A stretch of DNA of 35,039 bases from Candidatus Nomurabacteria bacterium RIFOXYD2_FULL_35_12 (GCA_001786365.1 MFWK01000001.1:1-35039), one strand, 5' to 3'; shown: positions 7,070 through 16,890, numbered from the stretch's first letter. The notes: generated from the letters alone by a model not told the origin. Numbers and translations: made by a program.

Positions 7070-8444
7070 TTTTAAACAACAATTTAAAGGTAAAAAGATA
7101 ACTGTCATGGGGCTCGGGCTTTTGGGGCGGGGGTTGGGATATACAAAGTTTTTAGCGGAATGTGGAGCGGACTTGATTGTGACAGATTTAAAGACAAAAG
7201 AGCAATTGGCGACTTCAATAAAAAAATTAGAAAAATTTCCTAGTATTAAATTTGTTCTAGGTGAGCATAGACTGGAGGATTTTAGAAACAGAGACATGAT
7301 TATAAAGTCTGCTGGTGTTCCATTTGATTCTATCTATATTGCTGAAGCTAGAAAAAATAATATTCCTATAGAGATGGATGTTTCTTTGTTTGCAAAGCTT
7401 GCTCCAGATGTAATGATAATAGGAGTGACAGGCACAAGAGGGAAATCAATGACAACAGCCCTTATTTATGAAATTTTATCCGCCTACGTTAAAGCTTCGG
7501 CAGGACAAGAAAAAAAGTGGAAGGTTTATCTTGGTGGTAATGTCCGTGGAGTAGCAACGCTTCCACTTTTAGAAAAAGTACAGGCTGGAGATATTTTGGT
7601 TTGCGAGCTTGATTCTTGGCAGTTGCAAGGCTTTGGTGAGGCGAAAATTTCTCCACATATTTCCGTTTTTACTTCTTTTATGCCAGATCATATGAATTAT
7701 TATAAAGATGATATAAAAGCTTATTTTGCTGATAAAGCAAATATATTTAAATATCAAAAAAGTGAGGATATTTTGATAATTCGTCCAGATATGAAGGAAT
7801 TAATACCAGAATATTTTAAAAACCTGCCTGCCGGTAGGCAGGGTAAATTAATTGTTGTTAGTGCAAAAGATACAAAAAATTACGAATTTGTTGTGCCCGG
7901 AGAATATCAAAGAGAAAATTTGGCTTGTGCAGTTGCTGTAGCAGGAGAGTTTGGGGTGCCGGAAGAGTCTATTAAAAAAGCAGTTAGAAATTTCAAAGGT
8001 TTAGAAGGAAGATTGCAATATGTAAAAACAATTAAAGGCGTAAAGATATATAATGACAATAATGCGACAACTCCGGAAGCTACGATGGTGGGCATTGAAG
8101 CGCTAGTTTCCCCTAAGTCTGACTTAGAGGGCAAAAAAATTGTACTAATTTGTGGTGGAGCAGATAAGGGGCTTAAACTAGATAATTTTACAGAAGTTGT
8201 AGAAAAATATTGCAAAGCAGTGGTGTTGATTCCGGGGACGGGGACAGACATTCTGTCTAGTAGAAAGTTAAAAGTAGAAAGTTATAAAGTAAAAGATTTG
8301 AATGAAGCAGTTAAAACTGCGTTAGGTCTTGCCTCACGCGGTGATATAATACTATTTTCACCCGCCTTTGCGTCATTTGGAATGTTTAATAATGAATATG
8401 AGCGTAACGATTTATTTTTAGAAATAATTAAAGAGTTAAAATAA
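7062..8444 (+). CDS. murD: UDP-N-acetylmuramoylalanine--D-glutamate ligase
   Basis: GLGLLGRG N-terminal fold, GVTGTRGKS P-loop, NATTPEAT, GGADKG. Start set at ATG 7062 (MIDFKQQF...), an 8-nt overlap with the murE stop. The ORF-track start 7032 is inside murE. Confidence 0.9.
   Translation: MIDFKQQFKGKKITVMGLGLLGRGLGYTKFLAECGADLIVTDLKTKEQLATSIKKLEKFPSIKFVLGEHRLEDFRNRDMIIKSAGVPFDSIYIAEARKNNIPIEMDVSLFAKLAPDVMIIGVTGTRGKSMTTALIYEILSAYVKASAGQEKKWKVYLGGNVRGVATLPLLEKVQAGDILVCELDSWQLQGFGEAKISPHISVFTSFMPDHMNYYKDDIKAYFADKANIFKYQKSEDILIIRPDMKELIPEYFKNLPAGRQGKLIVVSAKDTKNYEFVVPGEYQRENLACAVAVAGEFGVPEESIKKAVRNFKGLEGRLQYVKTIKGVKIYNDNNATTPEATMVGIEALVSPKSDLEGKKIVLICGGADKGLKLDNFTEVVEKYCKAVVLIPGTGTDILSSRKLKVESYKVKDLNEAVKTALGLASRGDIILFSPAFASFGMFNNEYERNDLFLEIIKELK
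7822..7843 (+). repeat. G+C-rich palindrome, family C copy 1, in-frame in murD
   Basis: acctgcctgccggtaggcaggg. Translated LPAGRQG. Confidence 0.75.
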
Positions 8445-8445
8445 A

Positions 8446-9063
8446 ATGAAAAAGAAGACACAAATATTTTTTTTACATGGCGGGGAAACTTTTAAAAATC
8501 AAAAAGATTATTTGCATTTTTTAAAAACAAGGAAGATTTCTTTAGAGAGAAAGGTAAGATGGTCTGCTGTTTATCTTAGAAAAAATCTAGGCAGAAATTT
8601 TGAAATCATAAAGCCTCGTATGCCATTGCAAGATAATGCAAAATATAATGATTGGAAAATAAATTTTGAAAGGTATATTCCTTATTTTAGAAATGGTGTG
8701 ATTTTAATTGGTAATTCTTTGGGAGGGATTTTTCTAGCAAAATATTTATCCGAACATAAATTTCCAAAAAAGATATTGTCTACTTATTTAATTTGCCCGC
8801 CATTTGATGACACGGTGCCTGGGGAGGATTTGGTGGGGGGATTTAAGTTAAAATCTGACTTATCTTTACTGGAGAAAAACTCTAAAAATTTATATTTAAT
8901 GTTTTCAAAGGATGATAATGTAGTCCCTTTATCTCATGCCGAGAAATATAGGAATAAATTAAAAAATGCGAAGATAATAATATATAAAAATAAGGGTGGT
9001 CATTTCTTGATCTCAAAATTTCCGGAAATTATTAGAATGATTAAAAAGGATGTAAAAAAATAA
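8446..9063 (+). CDS. alpha/beta hydrolase, YdeN/RBBP9-like serine hydrolase
   Basis: GNSLGG nucleophile elbow, later SKDDNVVP and GGHF (Ser-Asp-His order). 1-nt gaps to murD and murC. Confidence 0.55.
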   Translation: MKKKTQIFFLHGGETFKNQKDYLHFLKTRKISLERKVRWSAVYLRKNLGRNFEIIKPRMPLQDNAKYNDWKINFERYIPYFRNGVILIGNSLGGIFLAKYLSEHKFPKKILSTYLICPPFDDTVPGEDLVGGFKLKSDLSLLEKNSKNLYLMFSKDDNVVPLSHAEKYRNKLKNAKIIIYKNKGGHFLISKFPEIIRMIKKDVKK

Positions 9064-9064
9064 A

Positions 9065-10429
9065 ATGTACGTAGAATTATCAAAAATTAAAAAAGTATTT
9101 TTTGTCGGAATCGGGGGGGTTGGGATTTCGGCTATTGCTAGGCTGATGCTCTTGCAAGACAAGGATGTTTCCGGATCTGATCTTTCGGCGAGCTTGATAA
9201 CTAGCGAACTTGAAAAGCTAGGAATTCATATAGCTATAGGGCAGAGCGTAGAATTGATTCCGAAAGATGCTGAGCTCGTAGTTTATTCAACAGCAATACC
9301 AAAATACGATGCTGAATTCTTTAAGAAATTAAAAAATTTTGGTGTTAAAATAGCAAGCTATCCAGAAATGCTTGGTTTGGTGACAGATGGTAAATATACG
9401 ATTGCAGTTTCTGGAACTCATGGCAAGACGACAACGACAGCCATGGTGGCAAAAGTTTTAATTGATTCTAAACATGATCCATCTGTCATTGTGGGAAGTT
9501 TATTAAAAGATTACAAATCAAACCTAGTTGTCGGTAAGAGCAATTTCTTTGTGGTGGAAGCTTGTGAATATGAAAGAGCTTTTTTAAATATTAAACCGAA
9601 AGTTTTAATAATTACAAATATCGAGCCTGACCATTTGGATTATTATAAAAATATAAAAGACATTCAAAATGCTTTCAAACAGTTGATGTCGCAGACTGAA
9701 CATTTGATTGTTTTTAATGGACAAGATAAAAATACGAGTACGCTAGTTGCTGATTATGAAAAAAATAATTCAAAATGCGGAGTGGTGGATTACACCAAAT
9801 ATCTTGATAAAGTTCCAAAGCTTTCTGTGCCTGGCGAGCATAATCGCATGAATGCGGCAGCTGCTTTTGTAGTGGCAGATATGTTGAATATAAATGTAGC
9901 TGATACACAGCAAAGCTTGGCAGGATTTTCTGGCACTTGGCGAAGGTTAGAAAAAAAGGGGGAGACAAAAGAAGGCACAATCATTTATGACGATTACGCT
10001 CATCATCCGACAGAAATAAAAGCGAGTTTGCAGGCGCTTCGAGAGCTTTACCCCCACACCAATGATATTGGTGTGGGGGTTTACCCGGAAGGAAAGAAAA
10101 TCACGGTTCTTTTTCAGCCACACCTCTATAGTCGAACCAAAGCTTTGTTTGATGATTTTGCAAAAAGTTTTAAAGGAGCCGATAAAACACTTCTTCTTCC
10201 GATTTATTTTGCTCGAGAAGTCAAAGATGAGAGTATATCTAGCGAAAAATTAGCTGAAGCAATAAAAAAAGAAGGGGATAATGCGCAAGCATTTCCGGAC
10301 TTTGCATCAGCTGAAGAATTTGTAAAAACCTTGAATCTTGGTCCAAAAGACGTATTTGTGACGATGGGAGCTGGCGAAGCCTATAAAGTTGCCGAAAAAG
10401 TCTTTGACGTAAAATCTTTATCGATATAG
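9065..10429 (+). CDS. murC: UDP-N-acetylmuramate--L-alanine ligase
   Basis: GIGGVGISAIA, GTHGKTTTTAM, DDYAHHPTEI, FQPHLYSRT. Confidence 0.93.
   Translation: MYVELSKIKKVFFVGIGGVGISAIARLMLLQDKDVSGSDLSASLITSELEKLGIHIAIGQSVELIPKDAELVVYSTAIPKYDAEFFKKLKNFGVKIASYPEMLGLVTDGKYTIAVSGTHGKTTTTAMVAKVLIDSKHDPSVIVGSLLKDYKSNLVVGKSNFFVVEACEYERAFLNIKPKVLIITNIEPDHLDYYKNIKDIQNAFKQLMSQTEHLIVFNGQDKNTSTLVADYEKNNSKCGVVDYTKYLDKVPKLSVPGEHNRMNAAAAFVVADMLNINVADTQQSLAGFSGTWRRLEKKGETKEGTIIYDDYAHHPTEIKASLQALRELYPHTNDIGVGVYPEGKKITVLFQPHLYSRTKALFDDFAKSFKGADKTLLLPIYFAREVKDESISSEKLAEAIKKEGDNAQAFPDFASAEEFVKTLNLGPKDVFVTMGAGEAYKVAEKVFDVKSLSI
10051..10079 (+). repeat. perfect 13-bp-stem palindrome, family D, in-frame in murC
   Basis: cccccacaccaat-gat-attggtgtggggg, flanked by direct TTTACCC (10047-10053 and 10080-10086). 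Net +33 nt. Protein reads LYP-HTNDIGVGVYP-EG. Confidence 0.8.
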
Positions 10430-10509
10430 GCTGTTTTTGATTTTGTTATTTTACCCTTATTTTATAAAGGTATTTTAGCTTGACTTATGCTGAAATCGTT
10501 GCATAACTA

Positions 10510-10538
10510 TTGACATTTAAACTGGAATATGATAGTAT
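10510..10538 (+). promoter_or_regulatory. candidate sigma70 promoter for 10697 gene
   Basis: TTGACA (10510-15), 17-nt spacer, TAGTAT (10533-38). Implies a leader of about 150 nt. Confidence 0.4.
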
Positions 10539-10696
10539 ATAAGTATATCTTTATAGTATAGGTCAGATTAATTTTTGGCTTATTAAATAAGGGTTTTTTA
10601 GTTTTTACAGCGGTTTAAACTAAAAATACGGTCAATGTTTTACGCCTGTCCGCCATCGCTTTTAGCGAAAGCGGGCGGAGAGCACAACCGCTTAAT

Positions 10697-11335
10697 ATGA
10701 AAAATAAAAAATTAATACGTTTTGTGGAGTCGTTTATCTTATTACCAATCTTAACAATATCATCTCAAATGCCAGCGGGATCTATCTCGCAAGCTGTTGT
10801 AAATATTGTTAATACTCCATCAGTCGTATCTCAAGAAAAACAAAATATTTCAATTTCTGACTTTTTGGCCCTTAATGATGTTAAGAATCAGAAGATTGAA
10901 GACCAAAAGATCAAAGCTGAAGCTATTGATGCTTATTTTGGAGAACATGATATGCCCCTCGAAGGTATGGGTATGAAAATGGTAGAGGAAGCAGAGAAGA
11001 ACGATCTTGATTGGCGTCTATTGGCTGCTATTGCAGTGCGAGAATCTACCGGAGGTAAGTTTGAATGTAAGAAAGTTGAGAATAATGCTTTCGGTTGGGG
11101 TTCTTGTAAGATTGGATTTAAGTCCAACGAAGAGGCTATAGAAATTGTGGCTAAAAATTTGGGTGGGAATAATCCAAATACTGCCAGACACTATGAAGAC
11201 AAAACTACCAAACAAATTTTGCGCGCTTACAATCCGCCTTCTATAGTGCCTAGATATGCAGAGCAGGTTATCTCTATTATGAATACTATTGGCTCTGTTG
11301 ACGAAGAAGTTGTAACTACTGCAAAAGTTGCATAA
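10697..11335 (+). CDS. secreted peptidoglycan-hydrolase-like protein (glucosaminidase/lysozyme-like)
   Basis: N-terminal hydrophobic signal. LLAAIAVRESTGG...NNAFGWG resembles the catalytic-Glu region of muramidase/glucosaminidase folds. Confidence 0.45.
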   Translation: MKNKKLIRFVESFILLPILTISSQMPAGSISQAVVNIVNTPSVVSQEKQNISISDFLALNDVKNQKIEDQKIKAEAIDAYFGEHDMPLEGMGMKMVEEAEKNDLDWRLLAAIAVRESTGGKFECKKVENNAFGWGSCKIGFKSNEEAIEIVAKNLGGNNPNTARHYEDKTTKQILRAYNPPSIVPRYAEQVISIMNTIGSVDEEVVTTAKVA

Positions 11336-11403
11336 AAAATTCCCCTCTGCTTATGAGCAGAGCGGGATTTTAGTTTAATTATATGATGTTATAATATGAA
11401 TCT

Positions 11404-12225
11404 ATGGAAAATAAACCAGATTTTAGTATCCGCAGGCTGATTATAAAAAGTAGACATAGCAAAGAAGAATCTAGAGAAAAGAAAGTAATTTTAAAAGGTT
11501 CTTCGGATGAAAATCTAGTAGAGATTGAAGGAGATGCGGAATTAGTTCTAAAAGAATTGATGGAGGAAAATAGTGAATGGATTGAAATACAGAAAAAAAG
11601 AATATTGGCAGATTTTTCTTCATTAAATGAAGAAAAAGTTGTGAAAGTTTATAATCAGGGTCTTTTAATATTTTTAAAACAGCAATATCGTCTTTTTACA
11701 AATGATCAAAAAAGTGGACAAAGAATTTTTCCTTCTATTATGAAAAGTAGGGATTATTTAAGACAACAAATCATAGCTTATACATTTGATTTCATACAAT
11801 CTCTAAAGGCTTCAAAGAAAGAAGGTCTCACCCCAGATCAAGCATTAAAACTTGCCTATTTATCATATAGACATGATCCTGATGTATTAAAAAAATTATC
11901 TGCCAAATATCCAAAAATTGAGAAATGGATTTTAAAGCAAATATTATTGCAACATCCATCTGATTCAGAACAGTTTATTATTGATTATCTAAAAACTGTT
12001 GATGAATTGATTATAAAATATCCAGAGGTAGATTTGGGAGTTATTCATCAAGCTACACTGGGATATTTTGATCCTGTAACTTTTATTGAAAATTATTTAA
12101 AAGAGGTTGAAAGACTGTTGGGAATTTATCCGAAAGTTCACAAAAGTGTCCTTAAGTATGCAGCATTATATTTTTCTGATCCTGAAAAAGAGCAACAGTT
12201 TATTTTGAAACATTTGAAAGAGTAA
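11404..12225 (+). CDS. hypothetical protein with internal KYP-(K/E)-(I/V) helical repeats
   Basis: 273-aa ORF. Repeats: KYPKIEKWILKQ / KYPEVDLGVIHQ / IYPKVHKSVLKY. TGtTATAAT lies 8 nt before the ATG. Confidence 0.5.
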   Translation: MENKPDFSIRRLIIKSRHSKEESREKKVILKGSSDENLVEIEGDAELVLKELMEENSEWIEIQKKRILADFSSLNEEKVVKVYNQGLLIFLKQQYRLFTNDQKSGQRIFPSIMKSRDYLRQQIIAYTFDFIQSLKASKKEGLTPDQALKLAYLSYRHDPDVLKKLSAKYPKIEKWILKQILLQHPSDSEQFIIDYLKTVDELIIKYPEVDLGVIHQATLGYFDPVTFIENYLKEVERLLGIYPKVHKSVLKYAALYFSDPEKEQQFILKHLKE

Positions 12226-12264
12226 CACAAAAAAAACGGAAGCCTTGCTTCCGTTTTTTTTGTG
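12226..12264. terminator. bidirectional intrinsic terminator between convergent genes
   Basis: CACAAAAAAAACGGAAGC-CTT-GCTTCCGTTTTTTTTGTG, a perfect 18-bp palindrome with an A/T run on each side. Confidence 0.85.
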
Positions 12265-12285
12265 TTAGACAAGGTTTAACCTTGT

Positions 12286-13377
12286 CTATTCTAGATGCAC
12301 CAAGGTCATCTTTTGGTCTTTTGGTTCAAACAATGTGATTTGGAAATTATAATTTTTTCCAAGTTCTAGTTTTTCGCGAAGTTTAGCTTCGGATGGGAAA
12401 GTGGAATTGTGTACAAGTCCAGCTACGCCTTCTTTGATAGAAACGAGTGCGCCATGTTTGTTGTATTTGATGACTACGCCTTTGATGATGTCGCCTTTCT
12501 TTAATTTACCTTCAAATTCTTTCCAAGGATTTTCTTTTAGGGCTTTAATAGAAAGTGAAATTTTGCCATCTTTTATTTCAATCACCTTTGCGCGAATTTT
12601 TTCTCCGATTTTAAACATTGTGCGTGGGTTTTCTACAAGGCCCCAGTCAAGCTCAGAAATATGAACAAGTCCTTCCAATCCATCTTCTAATTTTACGAAT
12701 ATTCCGAAATCAACAATGCCGGCAATTGTGCATTCCAATTCTTGACCAACAGAATGTTTGCTCAAGATTTCTTTTTTCTCTTCAGGGTTGTTGTCTTTTT
12801 CAGAGAATATTAGTTTACCTTCTTTTGGCAAAGTGGAAATAATCATCACAGAGATCTTTTGTCCTACCAATTTCTTTAATTCTTTAAGAATTTTATCTTT
12901 ATCAGAATCAAGCACACGAGGGTAGTGGTCTGCTTTTAGTTGAGATGCCGGCAAGAATCCCTGAATGCCTTGCCATTCCAAAATAAGTCCGCCTTTGTTT
13001 GCGTCTTTTATTTCCAATTCCATTATCGTCTTATCTTTAATTGCCTTCTCGGCATCGCTCCAGGTGAGAGCTTGTTTTGCTTCTTTTAAGGAAAGTTCGA
13101 TGTAGCCGTCCTCATTTTCTCTTTCGACAACTTTTGCCTTAATGATATCGCCGATACTTATTTTCTTGATGATATCTTTTGCATTGATGAATTCTCGGCC
13201 ATAAATAATACCTGCGCCGTAAGGTGCTAGGTCTACATAGACTGATGATTTTTCAACACTAATAACCGAACCTTCTACTAGAGAATCAACTTCTGGTTTG
13301 TTTATGGTTCGATCGACGATTGATTTTAAGACTGGATTTTCTTCTACTGCCACTACTGTCTCTTCTTTTTTAATCAT
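12286..13377 (-). CDS. rpsA: 30S ribosomal protein S1 (four S1/OB repeats)
   Basis: 363 aa with repeated G..v.G.V..i...G.fV.l..g..G..h.se motifs. Confidence 0.85.
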   Translation of the reverse strand: MIKKEETVVAVEENPVLKSIVDRTINKPEVDSLVEGSVISVEKSSVYVDLAPYGAGIIYGREFINAKDIIKKISIGDIIKAKVVERENEDGYIELSLKEAKQALTWSDAEKAIKDKTIMELEIKDANKGGLILEWQGIQGFLPASQLKADHYPRVLDSDKDKILKELKKLVGQKISVMIISTLPKEGKLIFSEKDNNPEEKKEILSKHSVGQELECTIAGIVDFGIFVKLEDGLEGLVHISELDWGLVENPRTMFKIGEKIRAKVIEIKDGKISLSIKALKENPWKEFEGKLKKGDIIKGVVIKYNKHGALVSIKEGVAGLVHNSTFPSEAKLREKLELGKNYNFQITLFEPKDQKMTLVHLE

Positions 13378-13513
13378 ATATATTAATAAAAAAATCCGCT
13401 TGAAAGCGGACTAAGGTTTAGGTTCTAAAGGACCAATTTGCATCCAATAGGGTTACCCCAAATCCATCTTTTAATGCTTTTATCTTAGCAAAAAATATGC
13501 TATAATGCAAGTA

Positions 13514-14140
13514 ATGATAATCACATATTTCGGCAAACAATTTTTCAAGATTCAAAAAGGGGACATGGTCCTTGCTTTTAACCCTGTCAGTAAAAGTTCA
13601 AAAACAGGCATAAATGCTCATTTCGGAGCTGACGTTGCTCTTGTGACCACTAATCATCCTGACTATAATGGAGTGGAACAGCTTTCCCATGGTGATCGAG
13701 TTCCTTTTGCTATTAACGGTCCGGGGGATTATGAAATAAAAGATGTTTTTATAAAAGGTGTATTGTCCGAGGCATCTTTGGCGGACAAAAAATATATCAA
13801 CACTATTTATATGTTCTCGGTAGACAATATTAATGTTGCATTTTTAGGAGCGTTATCAAATGTGGAAATTTCCAAAGAAGCTCATGAAGCTATAAATAGT
13901 CCAGACATTCTTTTTGTTCCAATCGGAGGCAAGGGTTTACTCGATCCAAAGTCTGCAGCAAAGTTTGCTCTTTCATTTGAACCAAAGATGATAATTCCGA
14001 TGGATTACGATGATTCATCTCTGAAAGTTTTCTTAAAAGAAATTGGAGAAGAAAAAGCCGAAGTCGTAGATAAATTGACGCTCAAATTAAAAGATTTGGA
14101 AGGCAAAGAAGGAGAAGTGGTCGTGCTTAAGAGTTTATAA
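13514..14140 (+). CDS. MBL-fold (UPF0173-like) protein with degenerate metal motif
   Basis: MIITYFGKQFFKIQ...DVALVTTNHPDYNG resembles the UPF0173 N-terminus, but the HxHxDH motif is not intact. Start chosen 7 nt after TGcTATAAT (13501-06). Confidence 0.4.
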   Translation: MIITYFGKQFFKIQKGDMVLAFNPVSKSSKTGINAHFGADVALVTTNHPDYNGVEQLSHGDRVPFAINGPGDYEIKDVFIKGVLSEASLADKKYINTIYMFSVDNINVAFLGALSNVEISKEAHEAINSPDILFVPIGGKGLLDPKSAAKFALSFEPKMIIPMDYDDSSLKVFLKEIGEEKAEVVDKLTLKLKDLEGKEGEVVVLKSL

Positions 14141-14168
14141 AGTTATAAAGTAAAAAGTTTATAAAGTC
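14132..14168 (+). promoter_or_regulatory. AAAGTT(T)AT tandem cassette abutting start codon
   Basis: agtttataaagttataaagtaaaaagtttataaagtc then ATG 14169. Fills the whole intergenic gap. Confidence 0.6.
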
Positions 14169-14402
14169 ATGAAAAAAATTATTTTAAATTTAAGAAGTCA
14201 GCCCGAACATGTTCGAAGAAATATTTTGCATGTTTTGACAGTTTTTTTTGCTGTCGCCTTATTGCTCATTTGGGTTTTTTCTTTAGGAACAAATTTGAGC
14301 AGTCCGGAAACTCAAGCAAAAATAAATAACGATTTGGAGCCATTTTCTGCATTAACAGCAAACATAGTCGACGGATATTATAGTATTACAGGATCCAATT
14401 AA
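14169..14402 (+). CDS. small membrane protein, hypothetical
   Basis: 77 aa with one TM helix (VLTVFFAVALLLIWVF). Confidence 0.45.
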   Translation: MKKIILNLRSQPEHVRRNILHVLTVFFAVALLLIWVFSLGTNLSSPETQAKINNDLEPFSALTANIVDGYYSITGSN

Positions 14403-14408
14403 TTCTTT

Positions 14409-16871
14409 ATGGCGAAAAAGTCTTTAGAAATAAAAGAAGAGGGAGTTAATAGAGATAAAATTCTTCCGGTTGATGTGGTGGCGGAAATGAAAGAGTCATA
14501 TTTGGCATATGCTATGTCTGTCATTACTTCGCGTGCTTTGCCTGACGTCCGAGATGGACTCAAACCTGTGCATCGTAGAATCCTTTTTGCTATGCATGAA
14601 ATGGGACTCACTGCTTCGGCGCGTTTTAGGAAATCAGCTGCAGTAGTCGGAGATGTGCTCGGAAAATATCATCCTCATGGAGACGTGGCAGTTTATGATT
14701 CAATGGTGGGCATGGCGCAAGAATTTTCTTATCGTTATCCTTTTGTTTTGGGGCAAGGAAACTTTGGCTCTATCGATGGAGACAATGCTGCGGCGATGCG
14801 TTATACCGAAGCGAAAATGTCCAAGATTAGCAGTGAGCTTTTACGTGATTTAGAAAAAGAAACAGTTGATTTCCGTCCAAACTATGACCAGACTCGCAAA
14901 GAGCCGATAGTTTTTCCATCTTCAGTGCCTGCGCTTCTTTTAAATGGAACTCTTGGTATCGCTGTCGGTATGGCGACAAATATTCCTCCGCACAATTTAG
15001 CGGAAGTATTGGATGCGACAAAACATTTGATAGAAAATGAAGACGCTACTACTGAAGACTTGATGCAATTCATCAAAGGTCCGGATTTTCCGACCGGTGG
15101 AATAGCTTATGGCTATAAAGACATGCTTCATGCTTATTCTGGAGGGCGAGGTGGCGTGGTTACTAGAGGTGAAGCAGAAATAGTAGAACAAAAAGATGGT
15201 AATTTTTCTATCATCATTACTTCCATTCCTTTCAGAGTAAATAAATCAAATTTAATTGTCGCCATTGCAGAATTAGTTCAAGAAAAGAAGCTCGAAGGTA
15301 TCAAAGGCCTTCGTGATGAGTCAACTAAAGACATTCGAATCGTTATCGATTTGAAGCCGAGCGCGCATCCGGAGAAAGTTTTGAATTATATTTACAAAAA
15401 TACCCAGCTTGAATCAAATTTCAATTTTAATATCGTGGCTCTAGTAGATGGCGTTCCGCAAACTTTATCACTCAAGTCAATCTTGGAGCAATTCGTTTTG
15501 CATAGAAAGGAAATAGTAAAGAGAAGGAGTGCTTATGATTTGAGAAGAGCCGAAGAACGCGAACACATCTTGCTCGGTCTTAAAAAAGCTCTAGACAAGA
15601 TAGACAAAGTGATTTCTGTCATTCGTGGTTCCAAAAATTCTCAGATTGCGAAGGTTAATTTAATGAAAGAGTTCAAGTTTTCTGACTTGCAAGCAACAGC
15701 TATTTTGGAAATGAAATTATCCAAGTTGGCAGGATTAGAAAGGCAAGCAGTTGAAGACGAACTTAAAGAAAAGCAGAAATTTATAGCTGAAATGAAAGAC
15801 CTTTTAGCTAGTCCAAAAAAGATACTCAAAACTATTGCCGGTGAATTGGAAGAAATTCGCGTTAAATATGCCGATGAAAGACGAACAAAAATAGTAAAAG
15901 GTGGAGTAAAAGAAATCTCAGATGAAGATTTAATGCCGGAGAAAGAGACGATGTTGGTGCTCACGGCCGGAGGATATGTAAAATGCACCGATCCGTCTGA
16001 ATATCGCGCTCAAAAAAGGGGCGGAGTCGGAGTAATTGATTTAGAAACAAAAGAAGAAGACTTTGTGACAAAACTCGTATCTGGTTCTACGCATAGCAAT
16101 TTACTATTTTTCACAAACCTCGGAAAAGTTTATCAGATGAAAATGTATGATATCCCAGAAGGACGTCGCGCGACAAAAGGAAAATCTATTATGAATTTCC
16201 TCTCGCTTTCTGGCGAAGAAAAAGTAAATTCTATTTTGGCTATGCCAAAAGACATAGACAAGACTCCGACTTCTCTCATGCTTGTGACAAAAAACGGAAC
16301 AGCTAAAAAAATGTCTTCTGAAAGTTTCAAAGATGTGCGTCGAAGTGGGATTATCGCTATTCGTTTGGATAAAGACGATCAGCTTATCTCTGCGCTTGTT
16401 ACTGAAAAGGGAAACGAAGTGATGATAGCGACAGCCGAAGGTCAATCTATCAGATTTAAAGAATCCGACATCAGGGAAATGGGTAGGACAGCCGGAGGCG
16501 TGCGCGGAATAAAACTTGGTAAGAGTGATGAAGTCATCGGTGTGGACGTTATCAAAAAAGCGACAGAAAAAGGTGCATTCTTGACGATGAGCGCAAATGG
16601 TTTCGGTAAAAAGACTGAGCTAAAAGAATACAAAGTTCAAAAACGTGGTGGTTCCGGTATAAAAACTGCAAAAGTCACTCCAAAGACGGGTAAACTTATC
16701 GTGGCAAAAGTGCTCTCGGGTGAAGAAGAGGAGTTAATAGCAATGTCCAAGAAAGGCCAAGTCATTCGAACCACACTGAAAGATATTTCATCCCTTGGCC
16801 GTCAGACTCAAGGTGTGACCATCATGCGTCTGCGCGCAGGCGACGGCATCGCCTCGCTTGCTTGTATCTAG
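14409..16871 (+). CDS. gyrA: DNA gyrase subunit A
   Basis: [21 protein letters not shown], the AAMRYTEAK active-site Tyr motif, and C-terminal beta-pinwheel repeats. Confidence 0.97.
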   Translation: MAKKSLEIKEEGVNRDKILPVDVVAEMKESYLAYAMSVITSRALPDVRDGLKPVHRRILFAMHEMGLTASARFRKSAAVVGDVLGKYHPHGDVAVYDSMVGMAQEFSYRYPFVLGQGNFGSIDGDNAAAMRYTEAKMSKISSELLRDLEKETVDFRPNYDQTRKEPIVFPSSVPALLLNGTLGIAVGMATNIPPHNLAEVLDATKHLIENEDATTEDLMQFIKGPDFPTGGIAYGYKDMLHAYSGGRGGVVTRGEAEIVEQKDGNFSIIITSIPFRVNKSNLIVAIAELVQEKKLEGIKGLRDESTKDIRIVIDLKPSAHPEKVLNYIYKNTQLESNFNFNIVALVDGVPQTLSLKSILEQFVLHRKEIVKRRSAYDLRRAEEREHILLGLKKALDKIDKVISVIRGSKNSQIAKVNLMKEFKFSDLQATAILEMKLSKLAGLERQAVEDELKEKQKFIAEMKDLLASPKKILKTIAGELEEIRVKYADERRTKIVKGGVKEISDEDLMPEKETMLVLTAGGYVKCTDPSEYRAQKRGGVGVIDLETKEEDFVTKLVSGSTHSNLLFFTNLGKVYQMKMYDIPEGRRATKGKSIMNFLSLSGEEKVNSILAMPKDIDKTPTSLMLVTKNGTAKKMSSESFKDVRRSGIIAIRLDKDDQLISALVTEKGNEVMIATAEGQSIRFKESDIREMGRTAGGVRGIKLGKSDEVIGVDVIKKATEKGAFLTMSANGFGKKTELKEYKVQKRGGSGIKTAKVTPKTGKLIVAKVLSGEEEELIAMSKKGQVIRTTLKDISSLGRQTQGVTIMRLRAGDGIASLACI

Positions 16872-16890
16872 TGTTGTATAATAATTAGAT

